Shown: piece by piece, positions 20,594 through 30,021 of the stretch
How the letters are laid out: each line of letters starts with the position of its first letter
Position numbering within the stretch: position 1 is the stretch's first letter
Source of the DNA: a virus
Taxonomy: Duplodnaviria; Caudoviricetes
DNA length: 39,102 nucleotides
Direction: 5' to 3' (one strand)
Virus record (IMG/VR): IMGVR_UViG_3300016656_000014
Span: 1 to 39,102 of that record
Made by a program: the position numbers and the translations under genes
The notes under the pieces: model-generated
Seen by the model: only the letters and a program-made list of their open reading frames with translations
What the model was told of the DNA's origin: nothing
Databases searched by the model: none

Positions 20594-20612
20594 CCTTAGA
20601 CCCGCCTACTAC
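20590..20612 (-). promoter_or_regulatory. Putative late promoter GTAGT-N14-GTGA
   Basis: In the intergenic gap upstream of the tail operon. Confidence 0.45.
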
Positions 20613-21053
20613 TCAGCGTGCGCGCCGATTCGTTTTCCTAGCCCTAGCCGCACTCGTCTTTTTCTCACTAGCAAGAAAACGTGCCTGTCGGCTTGTCCGA
20701 GCCTTTGCCCCAATAGCCCTTTGACGACGACGTTCACCGGCTTCTTGCTCAAACTCTTTGCGTGCGCGCCCTAGATTTTTGTAACTCTTATCGTCTTCGT
20801 TGAAAAAAACATCTCCAAAAATTGACCTCTTCGGTCCTTCCTTTTTATATCTGTCGCGTGCCTTCTTCAAAACGGCTCGAGCGTGAACATTCGTTCCTTC
20901 GCGAGCAAACCAGTTATTGGGTCCCCCGCCGTATTGCGAAGCGCTTGTTTCTGCTTCCAACTTTCTTTTTGCGGCTGTTCTTTGTTCCACCGAGCCGACC
21001 TTGGCACGGCGTTTTTCATCGTCTTTTTTGCGTGGTGGATAGTTGCTTGCCAT
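20613..21053 (-). CDS. Basic Lys/Arg-rich hypothetical protein
   Basis: AGGAG RBS before ATG21053; more AT-rich than its neighbours. Confidence 0.6.
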   Translation of the reverse strand: MASNYPPRKKDDEKRRAKVGSVEQRTAAKRKLEAETSASQYGGGPNNWFAREGTNVHARAVLKKARDRYKKEGPKRSIFGDVFFNEDDKSYKNLGRARKEFEQEAGERRRQRAIGAKARTSRQARFLASEKKTSAARARKTNRRAR

Positions 21054-21064
21054 GATTACTCCTG

Positions 21065-21352
21065 TTACTTGGTTCCGAGAATTGTCCAAACCCCATTTGG
21101 CTGCATTGCTGGTTTCTTTGGTTTCTTGGGCTTTTTGGTTGACTTATCTGGTTCAGCCCACTTCACCGGACCAAAATGCTTCTCAAGTTCTTCCAAAGCG
21201 CTCTTTGGAGGTTGCGGCCTTTGCGGCTTTGGCTTCATCGGAATAGTTGGTCTCGGTTGTTTTTCCTTGTCGCCGTTCGGCTTTGGCTTCATTGGAATAA
21301 CCGGTCGCGGCGGACGCGGAATGTTTTTGTTGCGCGGTTTTGACTTTGCCAT
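21065..21352 (-). CDS. Basic Pro/Lys-rich protein ending PNGVWTILGTK
   Basis: AAGGAG RBS; internal repeat PRPxIPMKPKP twice. Confidence 0.65.
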   Translation of the reverse strand: MAKSKPRNKNIPRPPRPVIPMKPKPNGDKEKQPRPTIPMKPKPQRPQPPKSALEELEKHFGPVKWAEPDKSTKKPKKPKKPAMQPNGVWTILGTK

Positions 21353-21365
21353 GATTACTCCTTAG

Positions 21366-21409
21366 AAAAAGCCCCCACCCCACGGAAGGGAGGTGGACAT
21401 GAGGTGGGG
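21366..21409 (-). terminator. Intrinsic terminator after the capsid-region genes
   Basis: Minus strand reads CCCCACCTCATG, 13-nt loop, CGTGGGGTGGGG, then GCTTTTT. Confidence 0.7.
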
Positions 21410-21419
21410 ACCAACAAAC

Positions 21420-21539
21420 TCAGTACTTCTTGCTCTTCTTCTTGCTCTTCATCTTGACACCACTTTTCTTGGCTTCGGCTTTCGCCATTGCCATACCCTT
21501 AGCGGTGTAAGGAAACTCTTTCTTTCCGACCTTCGGCAT
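21420..21539 (-). CDS. Small basic protein MPKVGKKEFPYTAKG (39 aa)
   Basis: AAGGAG RBS; small-protein pattern familiar from other phages. Confidence 0.7.
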   Translation of the reverse strand: MPKVGKKEFPYTAKGMAMAKAEAKKSGVKMKSKKKSKKY

Positions 21540-21566
21540 TGCATTCTCCTTCTTGTTGATGTGGTG

Positions 21567-21596
21567 CGGGGCAGAGGGCTTCATCCCCCTGCCCCG
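21567..21596. promoter_or_regulatory. Strong intergenic hairpin without U-tract (mRNA stability or attenuation element)
   Basis: 12-bp stem CGGGGCAGGGGG/CCCTCTGCCCCG on the minus strand, after gene 21610-22014. Confidence 0.5.
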
Positions 21597-21609
21597 ACAC
21601 CAACTCCCT

Positions 21610-22014
21610 TTACTTGCGGTACACCTTGATGGTGCTGTCCGACTGGACCACACCCACGAAGGTTCCCGACGTTGCGGCAGCAACGCTTGCCGAACCCACA
21701 ATCGTCACATCGGTACCACCAGCAAGCGTAATCGCATGCGTGGCAGCAGCCTTGTTGACAATCGTGAACTCGAACGACGTGCCTTCAACTTCATCGGTGA
21801 GCGCAGCAACAATCAGTGCCGCCGTAGCAGTCGTAAGAGTACGAGCCGCAGTCGGGGTCTGAGTGAACAGTTTGCTCTCCAACAGTTGTGCAGCGGTCAG
21901 CGTCGCAGCCGCATCGTCAACTGCAACCTCAGCAACCTTTTCACGGGCTGTGATGTAGTCTTCGACACGCTTGCGGGTTACTGCCCCGCTTGTGCTATTT
22001 CCTTTGAGTGGCAT
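21610..22014 (-). CDS. Putative capsid decoration protein
   Basis: Directly downstream of the major capsid gene; Ala/Thr-rich beta protein. Confidence 0.5.
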   Translation of the reverse strand: MPLKGNSTSGAVTRKRVEDYITAREKVAEVAVDDAAATLTAAQLLESKLFTQTPTAARTLTTATAALIVAALTDEVEGTSFEFTIVNKAAATHAITLAGGTDVTIVGSASVAAATSGTFVGVVQSDSTIKVYRK

Positions 22015-22033
22015 TGTTGTGCTCCTTTACCTA

Positions 22034-22969
22034 TCAGGCGGTCTTCGCCGTGAGTTTGCCCTGCTTCGCAGCATTGCGAATCGTCAGGTTGCCGTAGCAC
22101 ATGATGAGCGCATAACGCGCATCCACATCCTCAGGCTTGACGAACTCGGTCTGTGCGAACCACTTACCAGAGTGACCAACGAGGGTCAGGTACTTGCTGT
22201 TGAGGAAGTACATGACACCGCTGTCGCAGTGCACATCGTAAACAATCGGAGCAGCCTTGAACAGCAGGTTCTGGAAGCCAGCATCAAGCGTCTTGGTGTC
22301 CGTGAAACGAAGTTGCGGCTGCAAAAGCGCCTCATACTTCTCAAACAGGGTTTGGGTGGTCAGAATCATGTCCGGGTGGTCATTGCCCACCGACACGTTG
22401 TTGTACATCGTGGACATCTGAGCAAGAGTCAGCGCACCAGCGCCGTTGTCTTCCTTTGAACGCCACCATGAGTGAGCCGAACGGTCGATACCGCCAACGG
22501 TGCCCGAAGCCTCAACGAGGTTACCGAGACCGTTCCAGTTCTTGCCACCGTTGCCGGTGCCGTTCGCGAAGAACATCTGGTTGAAACCTTCACGCATTGA
22601 CTCTTCAGCCTGCATGATTTTGGCTTCCAGCAGGTTGATGATTTCCTGCTCACCGTTGTTCTTCGCCTCTTCGATACCGCTGATTGCGATTGAAGCAGCG
22701 TACTGCTTCCATTCGAACTCAGCAGCCGAGATGCCCTCTTGCGGGGTGAGGCTCAGCGAGTCGTAGCCCGAGTAGGACCCGACCGTGTTGTTCTGTCCGT
22801 AGATGAGCGGCTCAACAATCTTCGTGCCACCGTTCAACATGCGGATGCGACCCTTATCCATGAGGAAGTAGGTCAGCGGACGTGCAGTGAACACGTTGTC
22901 CGTCAGTTGCGAACGATAGTTGGCAAGCGTGGTTGTAAGCAGCGCATCAAAATTGGCGTTAGCCGTCAT
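22034..22969 (-). CDS. Major capsid protein
   Basis: 311 aa, follows the scaffold gene, strong RBS; GGTKIVEPLIYG, WKQYAASI and YFLNSKYL patterns. Confidence 0.85.
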   Translation of the reverse strand: MTANANFDALLTTTLANYRSQLTDNVFTARPLTYFLMDKGRIRMLNGGTKIVEPLIYGQNNTVGSYSGYDSLSLTPQEGISAAEFEWKQYAASIAISGIEEAKNNGEQEIINLLEAKIMQAEESMREGFNQMFFANGTGNGGKNWNGLGNLVEASGTVGGIDRSAHSWWRSKEDNGAGALTLAQMSTMYNNVSVGNDHPDMILTTQTLFEKYEALLQPQLRFTDTKTLDAGFQNLLFKAAPIVYDVHCDSGVMYFLNSKYLTLVGHSGKWFAQTEFVKPEDVDARYALIMCYGNLTIRNAAKQGKLTAKTA

Positions 22970-22997
22970 AGTGATTTACTCCTTGGTTGAAATTGTG

Positions 22998-23783
22998 CTA
23001 TCCCTCTAACTGCCGTTTAGCAGATTCGAAGGCATCGCGAATGGTTTTGATGGGTTTGGAAGACACATCAGCACTTTTTGCCGAACCCCCCTTGGACACC
23101 ACAGACGCTTCCCGTTTCGCTTCCACAATCTTTTTCGTGTCTTCAGCCTGCTTGGCTTGCGCCGCAGACCTGCCACGAGTCTGTTCGTAGATGCGGTCAA
23201 AAGCAATCTGTTTGTACACCGCTTCAAGGTTTGTGTTGCCAGTCGCTAACGCTTTGGCAACAACCTCATTGGCGTCAAAAAGTTCACCGTATCTTCCTGA
23301 CAAAGACGCAATCTGATTCTCAAGTTCTCGCATCGCTTTCTCCTGTTCGAATGCTTGAACCCTAGATTCAAGTTGCCGATACTGCTTTTCTACGGGGTCC
23401 ATCATCTCCAGTTCCTCTTCCGAGGGCTGCTGGCTGTTCACACCGTAATGTTGTGAAAGCAGTTCAACGGTGCCTTTCGGGTCGTTCTGCAAAGCCTCTT
23501 GCAAAGCGGCAGCGAACTGCACCTGTCTTCGTTGCTCAGCAAGTTCCTGCGTCTTGCGGGTATAGTCTGCTTGACGCTGGTAACCGTTGAGCGCCTCCGC
23601 TAACGGAACCTCGATTTCTTCGCCATCGACAGTCAATCTGACGGGCTTGTCAGCGTGTTCGTCCCAAACGAAATACTCACGCGGTTCTACAGCGGGGGCA
23701 TCACCTGTCTCACCAGTTCCCTCAACTTGCCCCTCTAGGGGTGTGTCAGCAACAGTATCAACAGTGTTTTCGATATTACTCAT
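22998..23783 (-). CDS. Capsid scaffolding protein
   Basis: Acidic N-terminus and VDGEEIEVPL...GYQRQADYTRKTQELAEQR motif; between portal and capsid genes. Confidence 0.85.
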   Translation of the reverse strand: MSNIENTVDTVADTPLEGQVEGTGETGDAPAVEPREYFVWDEHADKPVRLTVDGEEIEVPLAEALNGYQRQADYTRKTQELAEQRRQVQFAAALQEALQNDPKGTVELLSQHYGVNSQQPSEEELEMMDPVEKQYRQLESRVQAFEQEKAMRELENQIASLSGRYGELFDANEVVAKALATGNTNLEAVYKQIAFDRIYEQTRGRSAAQAKQAEDTKKIVEAKREASVVSKGGSAKSADVSSKPIKTIRDAFESAKRQLEG

Positions 23784-23805
23784 AGAGTCCTCCTTCGGCG
23801 GTTGC

Positions 23806-23829
23806 TCTACCCCTTGTGCTGGGTGCTAC
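23806..23829 (-). promoter_or_regulatory. Putative late promoter GTAGC-N14-GTAGA
   Basis: Upstream of scaffold and capsid genes; a separate GGAGG RBS lies further downstream. Confidence 0.5.
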
Positions 23830-25655
23830 ATAATCTGCTGATTTGGCAACTGCGTATTCGGCAGCGGGGCACCCGAAGCCAGCAGTTGGGCAAGAATCTC
23901 AGGCGGAATATTGCTCGGCATCGGCATGCCACCAGTCGGCTCAGCCTCAGCAGCACCCATACCCGGCACCATCCCCTCAGGTGGCATCATGCCTTCAGGT
24001 GGCATACCGCCAGCGGTAGGCGGCATCATGCCGCCAGCAGGCATCAGGAACCCTTGCGCCTGTTTGATACCGAAACCGTACTGCAACACGTAGGCAGCCA
24101 GTTTCGCCATGTCTAGAATCCCAGCCCCAGCAAACGGAGCCATCGCATCCACAATCTGCAACGCACGCTGCCGGCGGAACGACTCGTTCATCGGAGCCGT
24201 AGACCCAGCCTCAACCTCATAGTCAAACTCGCCCTGAATGTAGTCGCGGTCAAACGTCAACCACAACGGTTGAGCCTCAGAACCCACGATACGCACCGCC
24301 TGCTCACCAGTCATGAACTGCTGTGCCAGCATCACCAAACGGCGACCACATTCACCGATGGCACGCTCAATGATTGCCAGTTTGTCGCTCGCACGCGCAT
24401 TCGAAGCATCCTGAACAATCGCCGCCTCTGTTGCCGTGCGACGAATCTCAGGCAACGCACCCTGCTGATATTCGCTCACACCAGACACACGGTTCATGTC
24501 TGTGGAAATCAAATCCGACTGGTTGTACAACTCTGGCGGGTTGATGACTGCTGGCATTGGTGCAATCACATTGCCGAGGTTGTCATCCGTAATAACAGGC
24601 ACCATCACATTGTCCTCATCGGATTCCAACGCCTGACGACCATCAGTATCAAACGCGGTCTCTTTGTACAGCCATTTGCGTGAGAACCGTTTACGGTGGT
24701 TCATCATCTGTGTACGGGTCTGATTCAACTCGTGTTGCAGCGGCTCAATGGCTTCCAGTTCACCCATCGGATAGAAGGTTTCTGGTACGTCATAGTTGCG
24801 AATCATCACAAACGGTTGACCGAACGCAAACGGAATCTTCTTCGGGGCGACAAGGAACTTGTCCGACCCGTCACAAAACACCGACACCGTGTCACGGTCA
24901 ATGTCATACCATTCCCACACCTCAACATACGAATCTGCTGGGTCCTGTGAACGGCGCGGACGGAACGAATCCTGACCCCACTTGCTGTAATGGCTCGGTG
25001 CTGCTTCCTGACGTGCAGTCGAGTTGTACCGCTTATCTTTCTTCACATCTTCCAGTGGGCGGCGGATACGTTGGGCAATCCAGCGTGCATCTTCCATGCT
25101 GGTTGCATCTGGGTCAACAAACACATCAAACGGTGAAACCCGTTCAACGAACGGGCGGTCCTCTTTGACAATCAGATTAGATTCCGCAACATTCTCGTCA
25201 CGCACCTCGGCAACATCGTCAAACGAATCAAAGTTCTCTTCCGCAACCTTCTCTTCTTCAACATAGCGATACCCGGTCTTGACCCAACCGTGACCCAAAA
25301 TCAGGCAATCTTTCACCGAACGACGGAACTCTTTCTGGCAGTCATAGTGACGCCACCAATAGTTCAGAATCGCTTCGGTCACCACAGCCTTGTCGCCATC
25401 TTCAGGGCGTTTAGCGTTCACCGTAATTTTCGGATGGTTCACCGACACAGACGGTGCAACAATGTTGATGGTGGAAAACGCCATGTTGACAAGCAACTGG
25501 TCCTCGCGAATATCGGTGCGGTGATGCTTGCCGCGATACAGGTCAATCATCCGCTGCCACAAGTCGTCGTACTTCTCTTCTTTGCGCCAACGGCGCGAAT
25601 GCTCCAACTTGTTGCGGTACCGCTTCAACAGTTCGTAGTTAGAAATCCGTGCCAT
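23826..25655 (-). CDS. Portal protein
   Basis: 609 aa; ERVSPFDVFVDP, LQHELN and RRTATEA motifs; Pro/Met/Gly-rich tail. Confidence 0.85.
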   Translation of the reverse strand: MARISNYELLKRYRNKLEHSRRWRKEEKYDDLWQRMIDLYRGKHHRTDIREDQLLVNMAFSTINIVAPSVSVNHPKITVNAKRPEDGDKAVVTEAILNYWWRHYDCQKEFRRSVKDCLILGHGWVKTGYRYVEEEKVAEENFDSFDDVAEVRDENVAESNLIVKEDRPFVERVSPFDVFVDPDATSMEDARWIAQRIRRPLEDVKKDKRYNSTARQEAAPSHYSKWGQDSFRPRRSQDPADSYVEVWEWYDIDRDTVSVFCDGSDKFLVAPKKIPFAFGQPFVMIRNYDVPETFYPMGELEAIEPLQHELNQTRTQMMNHRKRFSRKWLYKETAFDTDGRQALESDEDNVMVPVITDDNLGNVIAPMPAVINPPELYNQSDLISTDMNRVSGVSEYQQGALPEIRRTATEAAIVQDASNARASDKLAIIERAIGECGRRLVMLAQQFMTGEQAVRIVGSEAQPLWLTFDRDYIQGEFDYEVEAGSTAPMNESFRRQRALQIVDAMAPFAGAGILDMAKLAAYVLQYGFGIKQAQGFLMPAGGMMPPTAGGMPPEGMMPPEGMVPGMGAAEAEPTGGMPMPSNIPPEILAQLLASGAPLPNTQLPNQQIM

Positions 25656-25852
25656 TATTCCTCTTTCCCTTTATGCCATCCAATATGTTCGTCAAGTTTT
25701 GATGCCACTTTGTCAACCTTGTGGGCGACATTCCGAAGCAGCACCCTGCCTTCGGCATGCTGCTCAGCGTTCTCCTTACGCAACTTCTGAAGAAGAACCA
25801 CTATCGGTCCCGAAATAACCGCAACCGCAATCGGAACCAAAACAGTCTCCAC
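25655..25852 (-). CDS. Small membrane protein (one TM helix plus coiled coil), possible lysis accessory
   Basis: Hydrophobic VLVPIAVAVISGPIVVLL followed by a heptad stretch ending HIGWH. Confidence 0.6.
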   Translation of the reverse strand: METVLVPIAVAVISGPIVVLLQKLRKENAEQHAEGRVLLRNVAHKVDKVASKLDEHIGWHKGKEE

Positions 25853-25856
25853 CCCA

Positions 25857-26084
25857 TCACATCCAGTTTGTCACCGGTTCAGCGTTGTAGCCGTTTATCT
25901 TGGCTTGCTCAACTGTCTGACGTTGACGCTCCCGAATCGTCGGACCGTGAAAATCCTCACGCCCATACGTGAAACCTAGACGAATAGTACGCACATGGCA
26001 GCCAAAACACACCGCCCCACGGCGGGGCAATTCCTCAGCCTCAAACTCGCGCGAGCACTCTTGGCAAACAATCTTCTGCATCAC
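25857..26084 (-). CDS. Small Zn-ribbon protein
   Basis: CQEC...CFGC. Confidence 0.65.
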   Translation of the reverse strand: MMQKIVCQECSREFEAEELPRRGAVCFGCHVRTIRLGFTYGREDFHGPTIRERQRQTVEQAKINGYNAEPVTNWM

Positions 26085-26103
26085 CCTTAGCCTCTTGTGC
26101 TAC
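26081..26103 (-). promoter_or_regulatory. Putative late promoter GTAGC-N14-GTGA
   Basis: Upstream of the Zn-ribbon/portal cluster; shares CTAAGGGTGATG with the 20590 copy. Confidence 0.5.
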
Positions 26104-27685
26104 TTCTAACATTGTGGGACCCAATCAACGCCCTTTCAGGCTTTTTTTCCCGAACAATCTTCGATTCCCACCATCTGAGGGTATTCGGCTTAGAAACCTC
26201 AGACGAACGATACTCAGGCAACCAAACATACTTCAACATCTGATTCGCAATCGCCAACGACATCACCCTGTCATCATGCGGAGAACCATGCATCTTGCCG
26301 TTCTCCTCACGCACAAATGTACGCAACTCAGCAATCGACTCCTTGCAACCAAGCCACACCGCATCGTCACGAATAGCAGCAGACAACTCGTCAATAGCCA
26401 ACGGCTTAGACACACTCGTCGTACGCCACCCCAACGTCTCAGACACCGTAGGGTTGCGTTGACCCAACCTGCGTTGCCGAAACAGATTCTTGTAGCCGAC
26501 ACGCTGCAACCCTTTCAGGGTTGTCAAACCGTGGTTATTGGACTCCACACCAACCAGTGCTTTGTTGTACCACCACCCAATCGCATACAACGCTTCTTCA
26601 CCAAACAGGTCCGCGTCAATGTGTCCGTGCCAATGCGCGACCACAGCACCGGTTGAAGCGTTGATGACATGCGCAGACGAATAGTCGCCATACCCCAAAC
26701 CCTCGGCAACGTCAGCGCCCACAACATACACCTCACCCAACTCGGGAAACTCCCACACCGAAAACTCTCCACCATCCTCACGAAACTCGTACACCCCACG
26801 CCCAGCCAACTTGTGCAAATAGCCGCGATGCGGCTCAACAATCTCCAAACTGCGTAACACCTCCAAATCAAACACAGGGCGACCAGAACGAATAAAGGCT
26901 TCGTCGGGGTCGGACGGGTATTCTTGAGCCAACTGCCAGTCTGGTAGGTCGCGGCGTTTTGCGTCATACCAGTCTTGGTCACGTTCACCCGCCGACCACG
27001 GGAAAAAGATGCCGACGAACCTGTTGGTTCCTGTTTGGGAACCAACCCACAGACTGTGAAAAATGTTGCCCTCACCGTTTGCAGTGGACAAACAGATGAC
27101 ACGGCCACCGACGTCAGCAATCGGCTCAATAGAAGCCCACGCCTCATCAGGGTTCGGCAGAAACGCCATCTCGTCAATCACCACCCGATACACCGCTTCA
27201 CCGCGCGCAGGGTCATTACCGCTCGGCAGCGACTCAACAGATGACTCGTTAGAAAACACCATCTTCAACTGGTTATCAACCAACACATCTGGTCCACGAA
27301 CTTTCATCCACTGCGGCAACATCTTGTAGCCGTACTTCGTTTTCTGCAACAGTTTTGATGCCTCACGTTCCGTGCGCGACAACATCACGATGAAACGGTC
27401 AGACCAGAAGAATGTTTCCCAAAACACGAACGCTGCAGCCAGAGTAGAGAACCCAATCTGTCGTGCCTTCAACACGATTGTGTAACGATGCTCCATCCAA
27501 TTCCGCGCAGTCTCAACCTGCGCATCACGCAACACAAACTTGATACGCCCACGCTCAGGGTGACGAATAAACCAGTAGGTTGAACAAAAGTATTCGAACG
27601 CCTCAAGTGCGTCATCAACACTTCCTGTGTCCGCACCTTTGCATTTGCGCCACTCCTTCTCGTTGAGAAGGTCTCCCAAATCCAT
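26087..27685 (-). CDS. terL: Terminase large subunit
   Basis: LKARQIGFST Walker A, VVIDE Walker B, LSTANG coupling motif; nuclease GADVAEG...HDDRVMS. Confidence 0.95.
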   Translation of the reverse strand: MDLGDLLNEKEWRKCKGADTGSVDDALEAFEYFCSTYWFIRHPERGRIKFVLRDAQVETARNWMEHRYTIVLKARQIGFSTLAAAFVFWETFFWSDRFIVMLSRTEREASKLLQKTKYGYKMLPQWMKVRGPDVLVDNQLKMVFSNESSVESLPSGNDPARGEAVYRVVIDEMAFLPNPDEAWASIEPIADVGGRVICLSTANGEGNIFHSLWVGSQTGTNRFVGIFFPWSAGERDQDWYDAKRRDLPDWQLAQEYPSDPDEAFIRSGRPVFDLEVLRSLEIVEPHRGYLHKLAGRGVYEFREDGGEFSVWEFPELGEVYVVGADVAEGLGYGDYSSAHVINASTGAVVAHWHGHIDADLFGEEALYAIGWWYNKALVGVESNNHGLTTLKGLQRVGYKNLFRQRRLGQRNPTVSETLGWRTTSVSKPLAIDELSAAIRDDAVWLGCKESIAELRTFVREENGKMHGSPHDDRVMSLAIANQMLKYVWLPEYRSSEVSKPNTLRWWESKIVREKKPERALIGSHNVRSSTRG

Positions 27686-27910
27686 TTAGCGCCTCTTTGT
27701 TTTGCTCCTACCGAACGCTTTGTCGTTCGGATTCACCCAACGTAGAAACGGTGGAAGTACGGCAACAATCGCCGCTTTCAGTAGGTCTTGCGGGTCGAAG
27801 TTGCCGGTGGCAACAACGGCACCAACTGCTGCGAGCGCTGCTCGCGCATACGACAACAATGCTGCCTGCTGCTTTTTGTCCAGTTTCATCTTACCTACTT
27901 TCGTGGTCAT
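27686..27910 (-). CDS. Putative holin
   Basis: Two hydrophobic helices, SYARA...LRWVNPNDKAFG, basic C-terminus. Confidence 0.6.
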   Translation of the reverse strand: MTTKVGKMKLDKKQQAALLSYARAALAAVGAVVATGNFDPQDLLKAAIVAVLPPFLRWVNPNDKAFGRSKTKRR

Positions 27911-28161
27911 TCGGCTACTTCGGTGGCAGGTGAAACAAACTCGTCTAGTTCTGCGTCATAGCGGTCACCAATACCAGCGTACTTGCCACGAAAGTTTGCG
28001 TTGTAGGAAGTCTGCTTCCATTCGCCTGCGATGCCGCACGATGCGATAAACGCCTGACCTGCCGCTTCGCTCTCAGGGAAGTCGCCGCTACCGCAGTCGC
28101 CATTGCCGATGACGATGACTTCACGCACGATACCGTTCTCTATCTTTGCGAAGTGCGCCAT
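27907..28161 (-). CDS. Tail-fibre-associated protein (MAHFAKI type)
   Basis: MAHFA...WKQTSYNANFRGKYAGIG.RYD motif, typically next to Gly-rich fibre genes. Confidence 0.7.
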   Translation of the reverse strand: MAHFAKIENGIVREVIVIGNGDCGSGDFPESEAAGQAFIASCGIAGEWKQTSYNANFRGKYAGIGDRYDAELDEFVSPATEVAE

Positions 28162-29090
28162 TACGCCACCACCAAAGTTCCCGTTGAAGTGAAAGTCCAA
28201 ACCGTGTACGAACCGCTGGTGGTAGATGAGCCGCCGCCTGTCGCAGTAATCGTAAGCGCAGATGCCGCCGAAGTGAGATACCTGATGTAGACCACACCTG
28301 AGCCGCCGTTGCCGCCGTTGCCAGAACCACCGTCATAGCCGCCGCCACCGCCGCCGCCACCCGTGTTTGGCGAACCGTTGCTTGCCGCTGATGATGTTCC
28401 TGAGCCTGCGCCACCACCACCCGTTCCACCAGCACCACCGTTAGCGGCGTTATTCCAGCCGCCGCCACCACCGCCACCACCACGAGTGACTGCTGAACCT
28501 GTGATGCTTGATGAGACACCCGTGCCGCCAGCACCACCTTTGTCTGTGCTTACCGAACCGCCTACTGCGCCGACAGCACCAGCACCACCACCGCCGCCTG
28601 ATGCGCCGTTGCCACCTGTTTGAGCGTTGCCACCTGCATACCCTTGATTAGTTGTGCCACTAGCACCAGCCTGACCTGCGCCACCTGCGCCACCACCACC
28701 TGAACCGCCTGTGCGACCCGTTGCGGTAGTTGCGGTTGAGCCACCACCACCACCACCGATAGCCGCCACGATGAAGCCACTATTGCTACCGTCTGTGCCT
28801 TGTGCGCCTGTGGTCGCACCAGCACCGCCACCGCCGACAGTCACCGCATAAGTAGCACCTTGCGTAAGTGCGAATGTTGGGCGAGCCGCAACACCACCAC
28901 CCGTATTCTCACCGACAACTGTGGAATAGAAACCACCAGCACCGCCACCACCGCCAATCGTGCCACGACCACCACCACCGCCACCAGCGATAACTAGTGT
29001 CTCAACTGTTAGACCACCTGCGCCTGCGGCGGCACGCTTAGTCCACCCTGATACAGATGTGCCTGAGCGTGTGCGCTCACCGTAACGCAT
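28161..29090 (-). CDS. Glycine-rich tail fibre or spike-like protein
   Basis: LVIAGGGGGG...NTGGGGGG...GGSGVVYIRY...YTVWTFTSTGTL glycine-rich domain. Confidence 0.75.
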   Translation of the reverse strand: MRYGERTRSGTSVSGWTKRAAAGAGGLTVETLVIAGGGGGGRGTIGGGGGAGGFYSTVVGENTGGGVAARPTFALTQGATYAVTVGGGGAGATTGAQGTDGSNSGFIVAAIGGGGGGSTATTATGRTGGSGGGGAGGAGQAGASGTTNQGYAGGNAQTGGNGASGGGGGAGAVGAVGGSVSTDKGGAGGTGVSSSITGSAVTRGGGGGGGGWNNAANGGAGGTGGGGAGSGTSSAASNGSPNTGGGGGGGGYDGGSGNGGNGGSGVVYIRYLTSAASALTITATGGGSSTTSGSYTVWTFTSTGTLVVA

Positions 29091-29099
29091 TACGACCCC

Positions 29100-29459
29100 T
29101 TACGAGATTCGATTGACGTATCCGCCAATCATCACAACGTTCGCAGAAGCACAAAACGCTCGCACAACAAGTTGCGTAGCATTACCCTTGATGACAAGTC
29201 CTGGGACCACCAGAATCAAACCCGACTCAGCAGTAATCGTCTGCTCAATCAAATCATCGGGCGACGAAGTGCCACCAAACTCAATCGTCAACTTGCGGTC
29301 AGTGGAATCCGAGTTCACCGCATACAACCACAACTCATCATACGTCGAAGCCGTAGCCGAACCAGTATGAATCGTCGTACCAGGCGTAGCCGTAGCCGCC
29401 ACCTTGATAAGTTTCCCATCCGTCGAACCCGACAATGCGATTTTGCTGAACGTTGCCAT
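29100..29459 (-). CDS. Putative structural protein
   Basis: 119-aa beta-rich ORF (DELWLYAVN...GYVNRIS) upstream of the Gly-rich gene. Confidence 0.6.
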   Translation of the reverse strand: MATFSKIALSGSTDGKLIKVAATATPGTTIHTGSATASTYDELWLYAVNSDSTDRKLTIEFGGTSSPDDLIEQTITAESGLILVVPGLVIKGNATQLVVRAFCASANVVMIGGYVNRIS

Positions 29460-29460
29460 A

Positions 29461-29484
29461 TCTACTCCTAGTCCCTGACGCTAC
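29461..29484 (-). promoter_or_regulatory. Putative late promoter GTAGC-N14-GTAGA
   Basis: Fills the intergenic gap before ATG29459. Confidence 0.5.
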
Positions 29485-29715
29485 CTAAGCGAACACCGTG
29501 TTCGCCAGAATGTTATCCGCGTCAGAAAAATCAGTCGAAGCAGCAGCCGCAATAGCCGACGAAATCGCAGCCGTAGCAGCAATATAGTCAGCCAAATTGG
29601 CGGCAGTCAACTTCTTGGTCACAGGCGTGCCCGACGGGTCATCCACAACCACAAACAGGTCGCCATCCACAAGGCTCGTCAGAGCCGTAAGTTGCGTAAT
29701 CTTCTTATCAGCCAT
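29485..29715 (-). CDS. Small structural protein
   Basis: MADKKITQLTAL...TKK, a fibre N-terminal-like motif; GGAGG RBS. Confidence 0.6.
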   Translation of the reverse strand: MADKKITQLTALTSLVDGDLFVVVDDPSGTPVTKKLTAANLADYIAATAAISSAIAAAASTDFSDADNILANTVFA

Positions 29716-30019
29716 TACCGGCCTCCAACAAAATGAACCCTCCATCCTCTAGGTTCAAATCGCTACCATCCTCTTGTTCTACATTGTAGACCTGATAGTC
29801 CGCATCAGACCAGAAAGCGTTAGAACGGTCACCCCACGTCAACAAATCCAGCGACTCACCCGACTTACCCAACTCGGTCCCATAAAACTGGTACTGCAAC
29901 GAACCGCGATACTGCAACCCTTTATCCGACCAGTACTGATACAGCATGTCTCCGAGCGTGGAAAGCGTCGGATACAACACCTTCAGTTCCGCATACATCG
30001 CATCATTCGTAGTGGTCAT
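29708..30019 (-). CDS. Hypothetical protein
   Basis: C-terminal EDGSDLNLEDGGFILLE repeat seen in phage structural proteins. Confidence 0.6.
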   Translation of the reverse strand: MTTTNDAMYAELKVLYPTLSTLGDMLYQYWSDKGLQYRGSLQYQFYGTELGKSGESLDLLTWGDRSNAFWSDADYQVYNVEQEDGSDLNLEDGGFILLEAGNG

Positions 30020-30021
30020 AA

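Noticed and set aside
28300-29000. CCACCA/CCGCCA microsatellite-like runs
   Set aside because: Fully explained by poly-Gly codons of the Gly-rich gene.
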